From Candidatus Adlerbacteria bacterium (lineage in GTDB: Bacteria > Patescibacteriota > Minisyncoccia > Phycocordibacterales > SBAW01), in NCBI GenBank assembly GCA_903840375.1, contig CAIMFR010000072.1:1-43347 (forward strand): DNA of 43,347 nt, in the 5' to 3' direction. The translations under genes and the position numbers were made by a program. Under the pieces are notes generated by a model that saw only the letters and a list, made by a program, of their open reading frames with translations, searched no databases and had not been told where the DNA came from. Below, one piece after another: positions 1 through 9,851 of this stretch (the first letter of the stretch is position 1; each line of letters opens with the position of its first letter).

Positions 1-154
1 ACGTGTCATATGAGCTGTAGCCGGATCCGCCAACATCTTCGTCATCTGCATGGGCGACATTTATCGGGAAAATGGTCATGCACGCGCACAACATAACCGC
101 CGCGAGTGCGACTTTTTTAGAAATCGGGAAATATTTTGATGTTTTATAGTTCAT
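1..154 (-). CDS. 5' end of a secreted-protein gene (first 51 codons; the rest lies beyond the window edge)
   Basis: A reverse-strand ATG at 154-152 opens MNYKTSKYFPISKKVALAAVMLCACMTIFPINVAHA/DDEDVGG. This has a basic n-region, a hydrophobic core and an AHA signal-peptidase site. The frame stays open to position 1. It is shorter than the ORF-track cutoff. Confidence 0.4.
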   Translation of the reverse strand, partial: MNYKTSKYFPISKKVALAAVMLCACMTIFPINVAHADDEDVGGSGYSSYDT

Positions 155-220
155 AAGTCTTCGCGACCTAACCTATAAGCACAAAAGCAGTGTATCATTC
201 TTTATGTATATTGTCAATAT

Positions 221-255
221 ATAAGAAAAGGCCGCTCCTTGGTTAGGGAGCGGCC
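221..255 (-). terminator. Rho-independent terminator downstream of the lipoprotein gene
   Basis: There is a perfect 9-bp stem, GGCCGCTCC (230-238) / GGAGCGGCC (247-255), with an 8-nt loop. On the minus strand it is followed by CTTTTCTTAT. It lies 16 nt past the stop codon at 271. Confidence 0.55.
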
Positions 256-270
256 AGTAACAATCGCCTT

Positions 271-1113
271 TTACGGCTTACGCACAACCGGATTTAGACA
301 AGCTTCAGACAAGAACGGGGCTTCCCTGCCATTTACCTGCGTCACAAGGAGTTTCTCTCCGGAATAGCAATCGCGGTGAAATTGCAGGTCTATTTTACCC
401 GCATCGTCTACACGGCCGAAGTCGGCGCCTTCCAGTAGCTGAGAAGTACAGACAACTTCCCTCACTTCGGAGCTCGAGAGCCATGAAGCGAATGCTTGAC
501 GGTTCGACCACGTGCGGCCGATCTGTTGGCCGACTATGGACATGATGCCTTCCGGTGATACACGGAGAACGCTTGCATCATTCCTGCGAATGATGCCGGC
601 AACCTCGGCCTGCGTCCAACACCCGTAATGTTTCGCAAACGCGTGCCAGTGTCCGGTATGAGATACATCGCGAGCAGAAACATTCTTAGCATGGAATACC
701 GACATGTCGCACGACTCCGACACAGTCTGCTGAACAACAGGAGGTGGCGGCACGAAGGTCGTCACTTCCTGCCTCACAGAAAAGTTCGGTGTGGTCACGG
801 CCTGCACTACCCGGATAGGCGGCGCTGCTTGCGCAACATTCGCCACTTCGTACGAATGAGTGCATTCCCAATGCCGATGGAATCCCCTTGTGGTCCATTC
901 CGCAGCAGTGAGCGTGCAACCTTCCTGTTGGTGCCGCAGGTCATCTGCGGACATGGGCGGTGCAGAATCGGTACGAGTCGTCTGTTTGAGCGGCCCCGAT
1001 GTATACACATTCGGCGCATACGAGGACGACGAACAACTTGTGCCGATGCATACCTGTGCTGCACAGCCACCAAGCGTGGTAACCATCAGAATCGCAAAGA
1101 GAAGTTTTCTCAT
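271..1113 (-). CDS. Hypothetical Cys/His/Trp-rich lipoprotein
   Basis: A 280-aa ORF with an ATG start and GGGAG 8 nt upstream. The N-terminus MRKLLFAILMVTTLGGC has a lipobox (L-G-G-C). The mature part has many Cys and His (HWECTH, HTGHWHAFAKHYGCW) and belongs to no family I recognise. Confidence 0.6.
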   Translation of the reverse strand: MRKLLFAILMVTTLGGCAAQVCIGTSCSSSSYAPNVYTSGPLKQTTRTDSAPPMSADDLRHQQEGCTLTAAEWTTRGFHRHWECTHSYEVANVAQAAPPIRVVQAVTTPNFSVRQEVTTFVPPPPVVQQTVSESCDMSVFHAKNVSARDVSHTGHWHAFAKHYGCWTQAEVAGIIRRNDASVLRVSPEGIMSIVGQQIGRTWSNRQAFASWLSSSEVREVVCTSQLLEGADFGRVDDAGKIDLQFHRDCYSGEKLLVTQVNGREAPFLSEACLNPVVRKP

Positions 1114-1136
1114 CGCACATCTCCCATGTGTTTTTA

Positions 1137-1168
1137 TCCACTAATTTCGCATATGCGAAATTAGTGGA
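1137..1168. repeat. Perfect 32-bp palindrome (candidate operator or RNA hairpin) between the sortase stop and the lipoprotein start
   Basis: TCCACTAATTTCGCATATGCGAAATTAGTGGA equals its own reverse complement (14-nt arms around ATAT). It sits 24 nt upstream of the ATG at 1113. No U-tract follows on either strand. Confidence 0.6.
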
Positions 1169-1236
1169 TGTTCTGCTGATATTTCTAAAAGAACTTCCGC
1201 TCCGCTTTGCGAAGACGTATCCGATCACCTCTCGAA

Positions 1237-1893
1237 TTATTTCGAGACGAGCGGGTATGTCCCTACAAAGTCCGCACTGACGACGAACCGCGTATTTTTT
1301 GTTGCGAATGAATCGCAAGTCACGAGCACTAGATGTTTGTCTGCCGATGGAAGCGCGACCACATCCGCATCAGCTTGCGCTGTCGCGACACCGGTCACTT
1401 TGTATCGGTACTCATTGCTCTGCGAGTAGACGCTCACCATATCGCCTACTTTTAGATTCTGAATACCGTCGAAGGTTTTGTATGCCTGGTTATGCACGAC
1501 CGGCAAGTAACTCGAATGTCCGAAGAGCAACATTGTTCCATCCACACCAAGAAGTGCCGAGCTCGGATAGCGCGCTGATCCGGTGAGAAGTGCCTCGTCA
1601 AGAACGGAAACATTAGCCGATGTCGGGTTGCTGACCTTTGCGCTAAGCCCGATACTTGTGGCTACGATCCGCACCGGCAGCTCGCCGTTTTTCTCGGCAG
1701 CTGCTTTTGACACAGAAGGAGTCGCCGTTGCCTGTATAGAAACAACAGCATCCTGGCTCGTGTTTGCTTGTGCATGATCAGGCAGCAAGTCGGCAATGAA
1801 AAGCACAGAAAACGTAAGCGCCAAAATGCCGGCAAATGCAAGCAAAAAACCCTTACCATGCTCCGCTATTTCATGTATTACTCCGCGTGCCAT
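1237..1893 (-). CDS. Sortase-family transpeptidase
   Basis: 218 aa with an N-terminal TM anchor (FLLAFAGILALTFSVLFIADLL). The catalytic His context is LLFGHSS, the TLxTC-type motif is LVLVTCDSF, and a downstream Arg sits in NTRFVV. Confidence 0.8.
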   Translation of the reverse strand: MARGVIHEIAEHGKGFLLAFAGILALTFSVLFIADLLPDHAQANTSQDAVVSIQATATPSVSKAAAEKNGELPVRIVATSIGLSAKVSNPTSANVSVLDEALLTGSARYPSSALLGVDGTMLLFGHSSYLPVVHNQAYKTFDGIQNLKVGDMVSVYSQSNEYRYKVTGVATAQADADVVALPSADKHLVLVTCDSFATKNTRFVVSADFVGTYPLVSK

Positions 1894-1945
1894 ACCTCGA
1901 ACATGGTAGCAGAAACCATGCTAAATGTCAATACCCACCAAGCAG

Positions 1946-4012
<2,067 letters not shown>

Positions 4013-4095
4013 TCAGAAAATGACACTAAATGGAAGCTAAAAAATAGAGAAAATAGGGCTTACCTAAGGGTCAATTATGCGCTACCATTGCACAC

Positions 4096-4860
4096 ATGAC
4101 TCTCGACATATTGCTGCGGACATGCAACCGAAGCGAGAACAACCCCACAATGAAGCGCATTGTGACAGTCGATCGTGATGAACTTATCCTGCGCGGATTG
4201 CGGTCACTCATAACATCTATAAATACTGTGCCGGAGGAAATGCGAAGCAGCATCAAGCTCACGATCATCGACGATTCGACTCCCGAGTTTCAGAAAAAAC
4301 TTTTCAAATTGGCGAGTACTTGTCTGTGTAAGAAAAATTTTATCCGTGTTCATCTGGACAATAATGCGTCGATGAAATATTGCTACGAATATGCGATGGG
4401 ACACTTCCACGATGTCATCTATTTTGCAGAAGATGATTACCTGTACTTCCCTTCCTGTATACAGGAGATGGTAGAAGAATATGAAAACTTCACACTCAAT
4501 CTCGGCGGCAACTTCGTGGCGATACACCCGGCGGACTCACCGCTGGAATATTTCCCGAAAGAGATCCGCGAGGCGCGCATCGTGCTCGGTTCACATCGAC
4601 ACTGGCGCACATCGGTCAGCTCTCCCTTCTCGCTCATGCTGCCGAAAAAGGCATTCGTGAAGCACTATCAAAAATTCATGGATTATTCCAAGTTCGACGG
4701 CGTGATCTACCAAGAGGCGAGCACTATCAACCACATGTTCGTCGAAGGCGTTTTTCTTTTTACACCGATCCCGACGCTCGCCTTTCACCTCGGCTACCTA
4801 TACCCGCCGGCGCCACACGCACAGCATGAAGAATTGTGGGAAGAAAATGCGTCGCACTAA
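4096..4860 (+). CDS. GT-A fold (family-2-like) glycosyltransferase; divergent paralog of 40204-40977 and of the middle domain of 34329-36821
   Basis: 254 aa. It shares the LRTC(N/D)R start, IIDDS, YFAEDDYLYFP (DxD-like EDD), HWRT and LFTPIPTLAFH blocks with the two other copies. Confidence 0.6.
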   Translation: MTLDILLRTCNRSENNPTMKRIVTVDRDELILRGLRSLITSINTVPEEMRSSIKLTIIDDSTPEFQKKLFKLASTCLCKKNFIRVHLDNNASMKYCYEYAMGHFHDVIYFAEDDYLYFPSCIQEMVEEYENFTLNLGGNFVAIHPADSPLEYFPKEIREARIVLGSHRHWRTSVSSPFSLMLPKKAFVKHYQKFMDYSKFDGVIYQEASTINHMFVEGVFLFTPIPTLAFHLGYLYPPAPHAQHEELWEENASH

Positions 4861-6773
4861 CGTATCTCGTATCCCTTTTCACGAAGTGCATCAGAAACTT
4901 TTTCCAGTATCTGTTGGACTTCTGTGTCGAGAAGCGTGCGGTCGAATGATTGGAAGATGAGGCGAAATGCAAGCGAGACTTTTCCGTTTTTCTCGAACCG
5001 GTCGAATAGTTCGGAGCGGACAAGCAAGTCTCCAGCATTCTCGCGAATGAGCGACAGAATACTATCTGCATTCGTATCGCCCGACACCCACAAGGCAATG
5101 TCGCGCACGATGTATGGATATTTGGAAAATGATCGATACCGCACGGCGATTGAGACAGGAAGGTCGTCGTAAGAGGAAGGAGTCTCCAGGTGACTGAATA
5201 TTCCAGTCAGATTATATTCCTCAAATGTACCAGGGCCGTTTCTCATGATCAATGACGGTTCAAGTGATGAGACTTTTGGAGAAGACATTATTTCGTTGAG
5301 ACCATTCACAAAATCTTTCAGCGTCGGTTGTTTTTTTACAGGTTCGACCATAAGACCGAGCGAAAGTCTTTCTTCTCCTTTTTGCCAAACAGTGCCCACC
5401 TCAAACAAACGGACCTGCGCCAATCCGAGCAGCTCCTTGTTATGCACGTTCTTATCGAGCGACCCTTTCAATCCGTCCCGCAGATCTTTGCGTAAAAATG
5501 AACGCACGCCATCGACTTTGTTGAGAACGACACGTTCGCCTTCTTCTGCAAAAACAGTGGTGAACACTTCTGAAAATCCTTGTGAGACAAGATATTCGCG
5601 GATGTTTTCGCTCCAGTAAAAAGTATTGTTTACCTCGGGTGTTTTTTCAAACTTCGGCAACAGTCCTGCCGGAATTGCATCGTATCCAATGATGCGCACA
5701 ACTTCCTCTGCCAGATCCTCAGGGATTGCAATGTCGAGACGCTCAAATGGGACTACCACAGAGTAGATCTCATCACTTTTCTCAAATGAAAAACCAAGCC
5801 ACGTGAACACGTCTTCAATTTCCTTTTCGCTGATGTCTATACCGAGCACTTTGCGAATTTGCTGCACGGAAGCTGAGACGGTCATCGACTTCTGCGGCTG
5901 CGGATACACGTCGACAAATCCTTCCAGCTTCCCGCCTGCAAGTTCTACGATTAGATCGGCGACTGCACGCATGCCGTATGCCGCGATCTCCGGAGAAATG
6001 ACTTGCTCGAACCGCGTCGATGCATCAGTGCGAAGTTTCAACGCAGCAGCGGTCTTGCGCACAGACACGCCGCCGAAGTTTGCAGACTCGATGATAATGT
6101 CTGTTGTGTTCTCATCGATGGCCGCCGGCATGCCGCCCTTTATTCCCGCGATGCCAATGGCAACGTCGGCATTTGCGTCTGCGATGACAAGCATAGAATC
6201 CGTGAGCGTGTATTCTTTCTCATCAAGCGCAAGCATCTTTTCTCCCGGCTTCGCTTTACGCACCGCGATATTCCACTTTCCGTTTTCATTCTTTAATTTG
6301 ACGGCGTCGAATGCGTGGAGCGGCTGGCCGATGTTGAACATCACAAAGTTTGTCGCATCTACAATATTGTTGATCGAGCGCTGCCCCATCGACTCTAATC
6401 TTTCTCGCAACCATCTCGGCGACTCACCAACTTTCACGCCGCGCACCACGGCGGCAATGTATCGCTTGCACAACGTATCGTCTATCGAAACAGAAATCAG
6501 ATCTGTCTTTGCATCGAGAACGGGTTTGTCCGAGAATGGATCGTGCGCAATCGGCATTTTCAAAATAGCGGAAACTTCTTTCGCGATCCCGCGATGCGAG
6601 AGACAGTCGTGCCCGCGGTTCGGCGTCACCTTCACATCGAGCACATCGTCGCCGTTTATTTTTTCCACACCGTCTATTTCGAACACATGGAATGTTAGCG
6701 CATCAGAAAGCGTTGCCGCGTCCGGAAGCGGTGTATCAAAAAAAGTTTGCAGCCAATTTCTGGAGATTTTCAT
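4857..6773 (-). CDS. pheT: Phenylalanine--tRNA ligase beta subunit
   Basis: The start is set at ATG 6773 (MKISRNWLQTFFD, the typical PheT N-terminus). The longer ORF to 6902 would run antisense into the sat start. B3/4 and B5 regions are present, and the C-terminus is a ferredoxin-fold anticodon-binding domain (VSLAFRLIFQS...). Its stop codon overlaps the stop of the convergent gene at 4858-4860. Confidence 0.93.
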   Translation of the reverse strand: MKISRNWLQTFFDTPLPDAATLSDALTFHVFEIDGVEKINGDDVLDVKVTPNRGHDCLSHRGIAKEVSAILKMPIAHDPFSDKPVLDAKTDLISVSIDDTLCKRYIAAVVRGVKVGESPRWLRERLESMGQRSINNIVDATNFVMFNIGQPLHAFDAVKLKNENGKWNIAVRKAKPGEKMLALDEKEYTLTDSMLVIADANADVAIGIAGIKGGMPAAIDENTTDIIIESANFGGVSVRKTAAALKLRTDASTRFEQVISPEIAAYGMRAVADLIVELAGGKLEGFVDVYPQPQKSMTVSASVQQIRKVLGIDISEKEIEDVFTWLGFSFEKSDEIYSVVVPFERLDIAIPEDLAEEVVRIIGYDAIPAGLLPKFEKTPEVNNTFYWSENIREYLVSQGFSEVFTTVFAEEGERVVLNKVDGVRSFLRKDLRDGLKGSLDKNVHNKELLGLAQVRLFEVGTVWQKGEERLSLGLMVEPVKKQPTLKDFVNGLNEIMSSPKVSSLEPSLIMRNGPGTFEEYNLTGIFSHLETPSSYDDLPVSIAVRYRSFSKYPYIVRDIALWVSGDTNADSILSLIRENAGDLLVRSELFDRFEKNGKVSLAFRLIFQSFDRTLLDTEVQQILEKVSDALREKGYEIR

Positions 6774-6823
6774 ACCTGAACAGGATAGTACGAGAATACC
6801 ACGTATGCTATACTTTTTCAAAA

Positions 6824-8443
6824 ATGGATAACGCTCGTCTCCACCTAACCGACCGGCAACTCTATGACCTTGAACTCTTGCTGGTTGGAGGCTTTGCGCC
6901 ACTCACGGGGTTTTTAACAGAAGAAGAGTATAACTCTGTTGTCGATGACATGCGACTTCCGTCCGGCAAACTCTGGCCGATGCCTATCGTGCTCGATGTC
7001 GCATCAGCTGCGCAGTATGCGAAAGATCAACGAATTATTTTATGCGACCAGTCGGATAATCCGCTCGCGTATTTCACGATCTCGTCCATCTGTCAGCCGG
7101 ACAAACAGCGCGAAGCTTTCAATGTATATGGCACGACGGACGACACACACCCAGGCGTCCGATATCTCATGCACCACACGGGCTCGGTCTATCTCGGCGG
7201 CAAAATCGAACACATCGCACTTCCGCATCATTATGATTTTGCCGACATACGCCGCACACCGGCAGAACTGCGCGAAATATTTGCAAAGCGCGGGTGGAAT
7301 AAAGTCGCCGCATTCCAAACGAGAAATCCTGTGCACCGAGCGCACTTCACGCTCATGCAGCGCGCGCATCGCGAGAATGATATCAACGTTCTTCTTCATC
7401 CGGTCGTCGGCCCGACAAAAGAGGGCGACATCGACTACGTGACGCGCGTCAAAAGTTACAAACAACTTTACGAAGCTCGCATGAAAGATTTTGCGGAACT
7501 TTCACTGCTGCCGCTTGCAATGCGCATGGCAGGACCGCGCGAAGCGTTGTGGCATGCGCTCATTCGAAAAAATTACGGCTGCACACATTTCATCGTCGGG
7601 CGCGACCATGCCGGACCGGGCAAAGATAAAAATGGCGTTCCTTTTTACGGACCATACGACGCGCAAGAGCTCGCGCTTGCCCACCAAAAAGATCTCGGAA
7701 TAATTATTCTTCCACAACAGGAAATGCTCTATGTTCCGAAAGACGATACGTATCGCTCATGGCAGGAGATTCCCGCCGGAACAGAAACAAAAAACATTTC
7801 CGGCACGGCATTCCGTTCGATGCTTGCCGCCGGAGATCCCGTGCCCGAATGGTTTTCATTTCCGGAAGTCGTAGAGACATTGCGTGAAGGCGTGTCACAG
7901 CGCAGCAGAAAAGGCTGCACAATATTTCTCACTGGTTTGCCGTCCTCCGGCAAGTCCACCATTGCCGCCATTCTTGCAGGAAAACTTCGCGAGCTGCACG
8001 ACCGCAATGTTTCTCTTCTCGACGGCGACGTCGTGCGGCAACACTTGTCGAAAGGTCTCGGATTCTCGCGCGAGGATCGTGTTGAAAATATAAAGCGAAT
8101 CGGTTTTGTAGCATCGGAGATAACGAAACACGGCGGCGTTGCCATATGCTCCGCTATCGCGCCATACGCGGAATCGCGCGACCACAATCGTCAGACGATC
8201 GATCAGCACGGCGCATACATAGAGGTACATGTGGCCACGCCGCTCGCGGTGTGCATCGAGCGCGATGTTAAAGGTCTGTATAAAAAAGCACAAGCGGGGA
8301 TCATAAAACATTTCACCGGCATCGATGACCCGTACGAAGCACCGGAAAATCCGGAGGTGACGATAGACACCACGGACGAAACGCCGCAGCAGTCGGCAGA
8401 GCACATCATAGAACTCCTACGAAAACTCTCGGTAATTAAATAA
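6824..8443 (+). CDS. sat/cysC: Bifunctional sulfate adenylyltransferase / adenylylsulfate kinase (PAPS synthase)
   Basis: The start is ATG 6824 (MDNARLHLTDRQLYDLELL...). ATP sulfurylase motifs are QTRNPVHRAH (7316-7345), HPVVGPTKEGD and VGRDHAGPG. The C-terminal APS kinase part has the P-loop GLPSSGKST (7934-7960), LDGDVVRQ and FSREDRVENIKR. Confidence 0.9.
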   Translation: MDNARLHLTDRQLYDLELLLVGGFAPLTGFLTEEEYNSVVDDMRLPSGKLWPMPIVLDVASAAQYAKDQRIILCDQSDNPLAYFTISSICQPDKQREAFNVYGTTDDTHPGVRYLMHHTGSVYLGGKIEHIALPHHYDFADIRRTPAELREIFAKRGWNKVAAFQTRNPVHRAHFTLMQRAHRENDINVLLHPVVGPTKEGDIDYVTRVKSYKQLYEARMKDFAELSLLPLAMRMAGPREALWHALIRKNYGCTHFIVGRDHAGPGKDKNGVPFYGPYDAQELALAHQKDLGIIILPQQEMLYVPKDDTYRSWQEIPAGTETKNISGTAFRSMLAAGDPVPEWFSFPEVVETLREGVSQRSRKGCTIFLTGLPSSGKSTIAAILAGKLRELHDRNVSLLDGDVVRQHLSKGLGFSREDRVENIKRIGFVASEITKHGGVAICSAIAPYAESRDHNRQTIDQHGAYIEVHVATPLAVCIERDVKGLYKKAQAGIIKHFTGIDDPYEAPENPEVTIDTTDETPQQSAEHIIELLRKLSVIK

Positions 8444-9178
8444 TTAAAACTGGTCGATAAACCGCAGGTCGGCAGAATGCATGAGACGCACGTCGTCGAT
8501 GCCCCACTTCAACATTGCGAGACGGTCGATGCCCCCGCCGAATGCGAAGCCGCGATATTTCTCCGGGTCGATGCCTGCGTTTTTCAAAACGTTCGGATGC
8601 ACCATACCCGCACCCATCACTTCTATCCAACGGTCGCGCAATTTTTCCGGCACATTGTCTCCGGTGAGCCGCATGTCCACCTCGAGCCCCGGCTCGACGA
8701 ATGGGAAGAAACTCGGGCGAAAACGCACTTCGACAGAACCCTTGAAAAGCTGCTCGAAAAGATGTTGCAACGTACTGCGGAGATGCGTGAGCGATATATC
8801 CTCGCCGACAACCATGCCCTCGACTTGATAGAACTCCGCCTCATGCGTCATGTCGGTCGCCTCATTGCGGAAAACCTTTCCCATTGCCACCATGCGATAT
8901 GGCGGATTGATGCCTTTCTTCAGCTGCGATTCAATGTACCGCACCTGCACGTTCGACGTATGTGTTCGCAAAACCATGCCAGGCTCGTCTTTTACGAAAA
9001 AAGTATCTTGCATGTCGCGTGCGGGATGATCTTTCTGAAAGTTAAGAGCGTCGAAGTTGTACCATTCATTTTCCAGAAGAGGACCATCGGCAAAGGTAAA
9101 ACCCATGTCAAAAAAGATCTTATTTGCCTCGCGAATGACCGAGGATATCGGGTGTATGTGTCCGCATGTCTGTGCCAT
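8444..9178 (-). CDS. pheS: Phenylalanine--tRNA ligase alpha subunit, catalytic core only (short form)
   Basis: All class II motifs are present (GHIHPISS, FRNEATDMTHEAEFYQVEG, GFAFGGGIDRLAM). The start is set at ATG 9178, with an alternative at ATG 9217. The GTG-initiated extension to 9367 is antisense to the essential N-terminus of the HAD gene and looks nothing like the PheS helical arm. Confidence 0.88.
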   Translation of the reverse strand: MAQTCGHIHPISSVIREANKIFFDMGFTFADGPLLENEWYNFDALNFQKDHPARDMQDTFFVKDEPGMVLRTHTSNVQVRYIESQLKKGINPPYRMVAMGKVFRNEATDMTHEAEFYQVEGMVVGEDISLTHLRSTLQHLFEQLFKGSVEVRFRPSFFPFVEPGLEVDMRLTGDNVPEKLRDRWIEVMGAGMVHPNVLKNAGIDPEKYRGFAFGGGIDRLAMLKWGIDDVRLMHSADLRFIDQF

Positions 9179-9269
9179 ACATTGGAGTATAGTACAAAGT
9201 TGTGTTCTATGGAACATTGGACAAATGAGTGATATGCTTCTGCTCAGATTAGAAAAATAGGAGGCAACG

Positions 9270-9773
9270 ATGCGGCATGAGATCAATCTGATTGAGACAT
9301 TCGCAACTCTTGAAAAAAATCGCATACGAAACTCTGTCATACTTTTGGATATCGACGGAACTATCACACATCACGACGGACACGAAGTACCCGATGAAGC
9401 TCGATGCGTGATTGAAGAATTGCTTCGCAAGAACAATCTGATATACCTGCTAAGCAACAACAAGAATATTGAGCGCGGCAGATTCTTGGCACGGGCGCTC
9501 GGCGTTACTTTTGCCGAGACTCCGTATCGCAAACCGGACAAACGTACAGCCTCATGCATTCCGACGAAATATGCGGACAGGAAAATATTCGTCATCGGGG
9601 ATAAGTTTCTGACTGATGGATTGTTTGCAATACGACTCGGAGCAACATTCTTCTGGGTGCGGAGTATAAAGACTCCGACGGATGCAAAAAAAGTCCGCGC
9701 CAGCTACGCGATCGACACTATCATCAGATGGTTTTTTTCCATCTCGTATACCATGCGGAGAATAGAAAAATAG
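9270..9773 (+). CDS. HAD-superfamily phosphatase (YqeG/IIIA-like)
   Basis: 167 aa with AGGAGG 6 nt upstream of the ATG. It has the DxDxT nucleophile motif LLDIDGTIT, LLSNN (motif II) and GDKFLTDG (motif IV). Confidence 0.7.
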   Translation: MRHEINLIETFATLEKNRIRNSVILLDIDGTITHHDGHEVPDEARCVIEELLRKNNLIYLLSNNKNIERGRFLARALGVTFAETPYRKPDKRTASCIPTKYADRKIFVIGDKFLTDGLFAIRLGATFFWVRSIKTPTDAKKVRASYAIDTIIRWFFSISYTMRRIEK

Positions 9774-9783
9774 AAAAGAAAAA

Positions 9784-9824
9784 GGGCGTCGATACTTTTT
9801 ACGTATTCGACGCCCGTGTTTTTT
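9784..9824. terminator. Bidirectional Rho-independent terminator between the convergent HAD and vWA genes
   Basis: A perfect 9-bp stem, GGGCGTCGA (9784-9792) / TCGACGCCC (9807-9815). It is preceded by AAAAGAAAAA and followed by GTGTTTTTT, so a U-tract is available on both strands. Confidence 0.6.
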
Positions 9825-9851
9825 AGAATAACTACTCAGATGCGATGGACC

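Noticed and set aside
5803-6831. 342-aa plus-strand ORF inside the pheT region
   Set aside because: It is entirely antisense to a gene with clear PheT homology. The product is Ser/Thr/Ala-rich and low in complexity, with no RBS and no recognisable motif. This is the usual shadow ORF opposite a well-conserved gene.
6774-6902. Upstream extensions of pheT (to 6902), pheS (to 9367), the TelA-like gene (to 11881), prfA (to 19692), rpmE (to 19980) and the sulfotransferase gene (to 34353)
   Set aside because: Five of the six extensions begin at alternative start codons (TTG/GTG) or overlap neighbouring genes; I did not check the codon at 6902. In every case an internal ATG matches the expected family N-terminus. 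Two of those ATGs have supporting signals: an SD for the TelA-like gene (11707) and ATGA coupling for the sulfotransferase gene (34332).
8477-9232. 251-aa plus-strand ORF (and 8481-8828) opposite pheS
   Set aside because: It is antisense to the conserved class II synthetase core. The product is His/Arg-rich with no motif. It would also overlap the 3' end region of sat/cysC.
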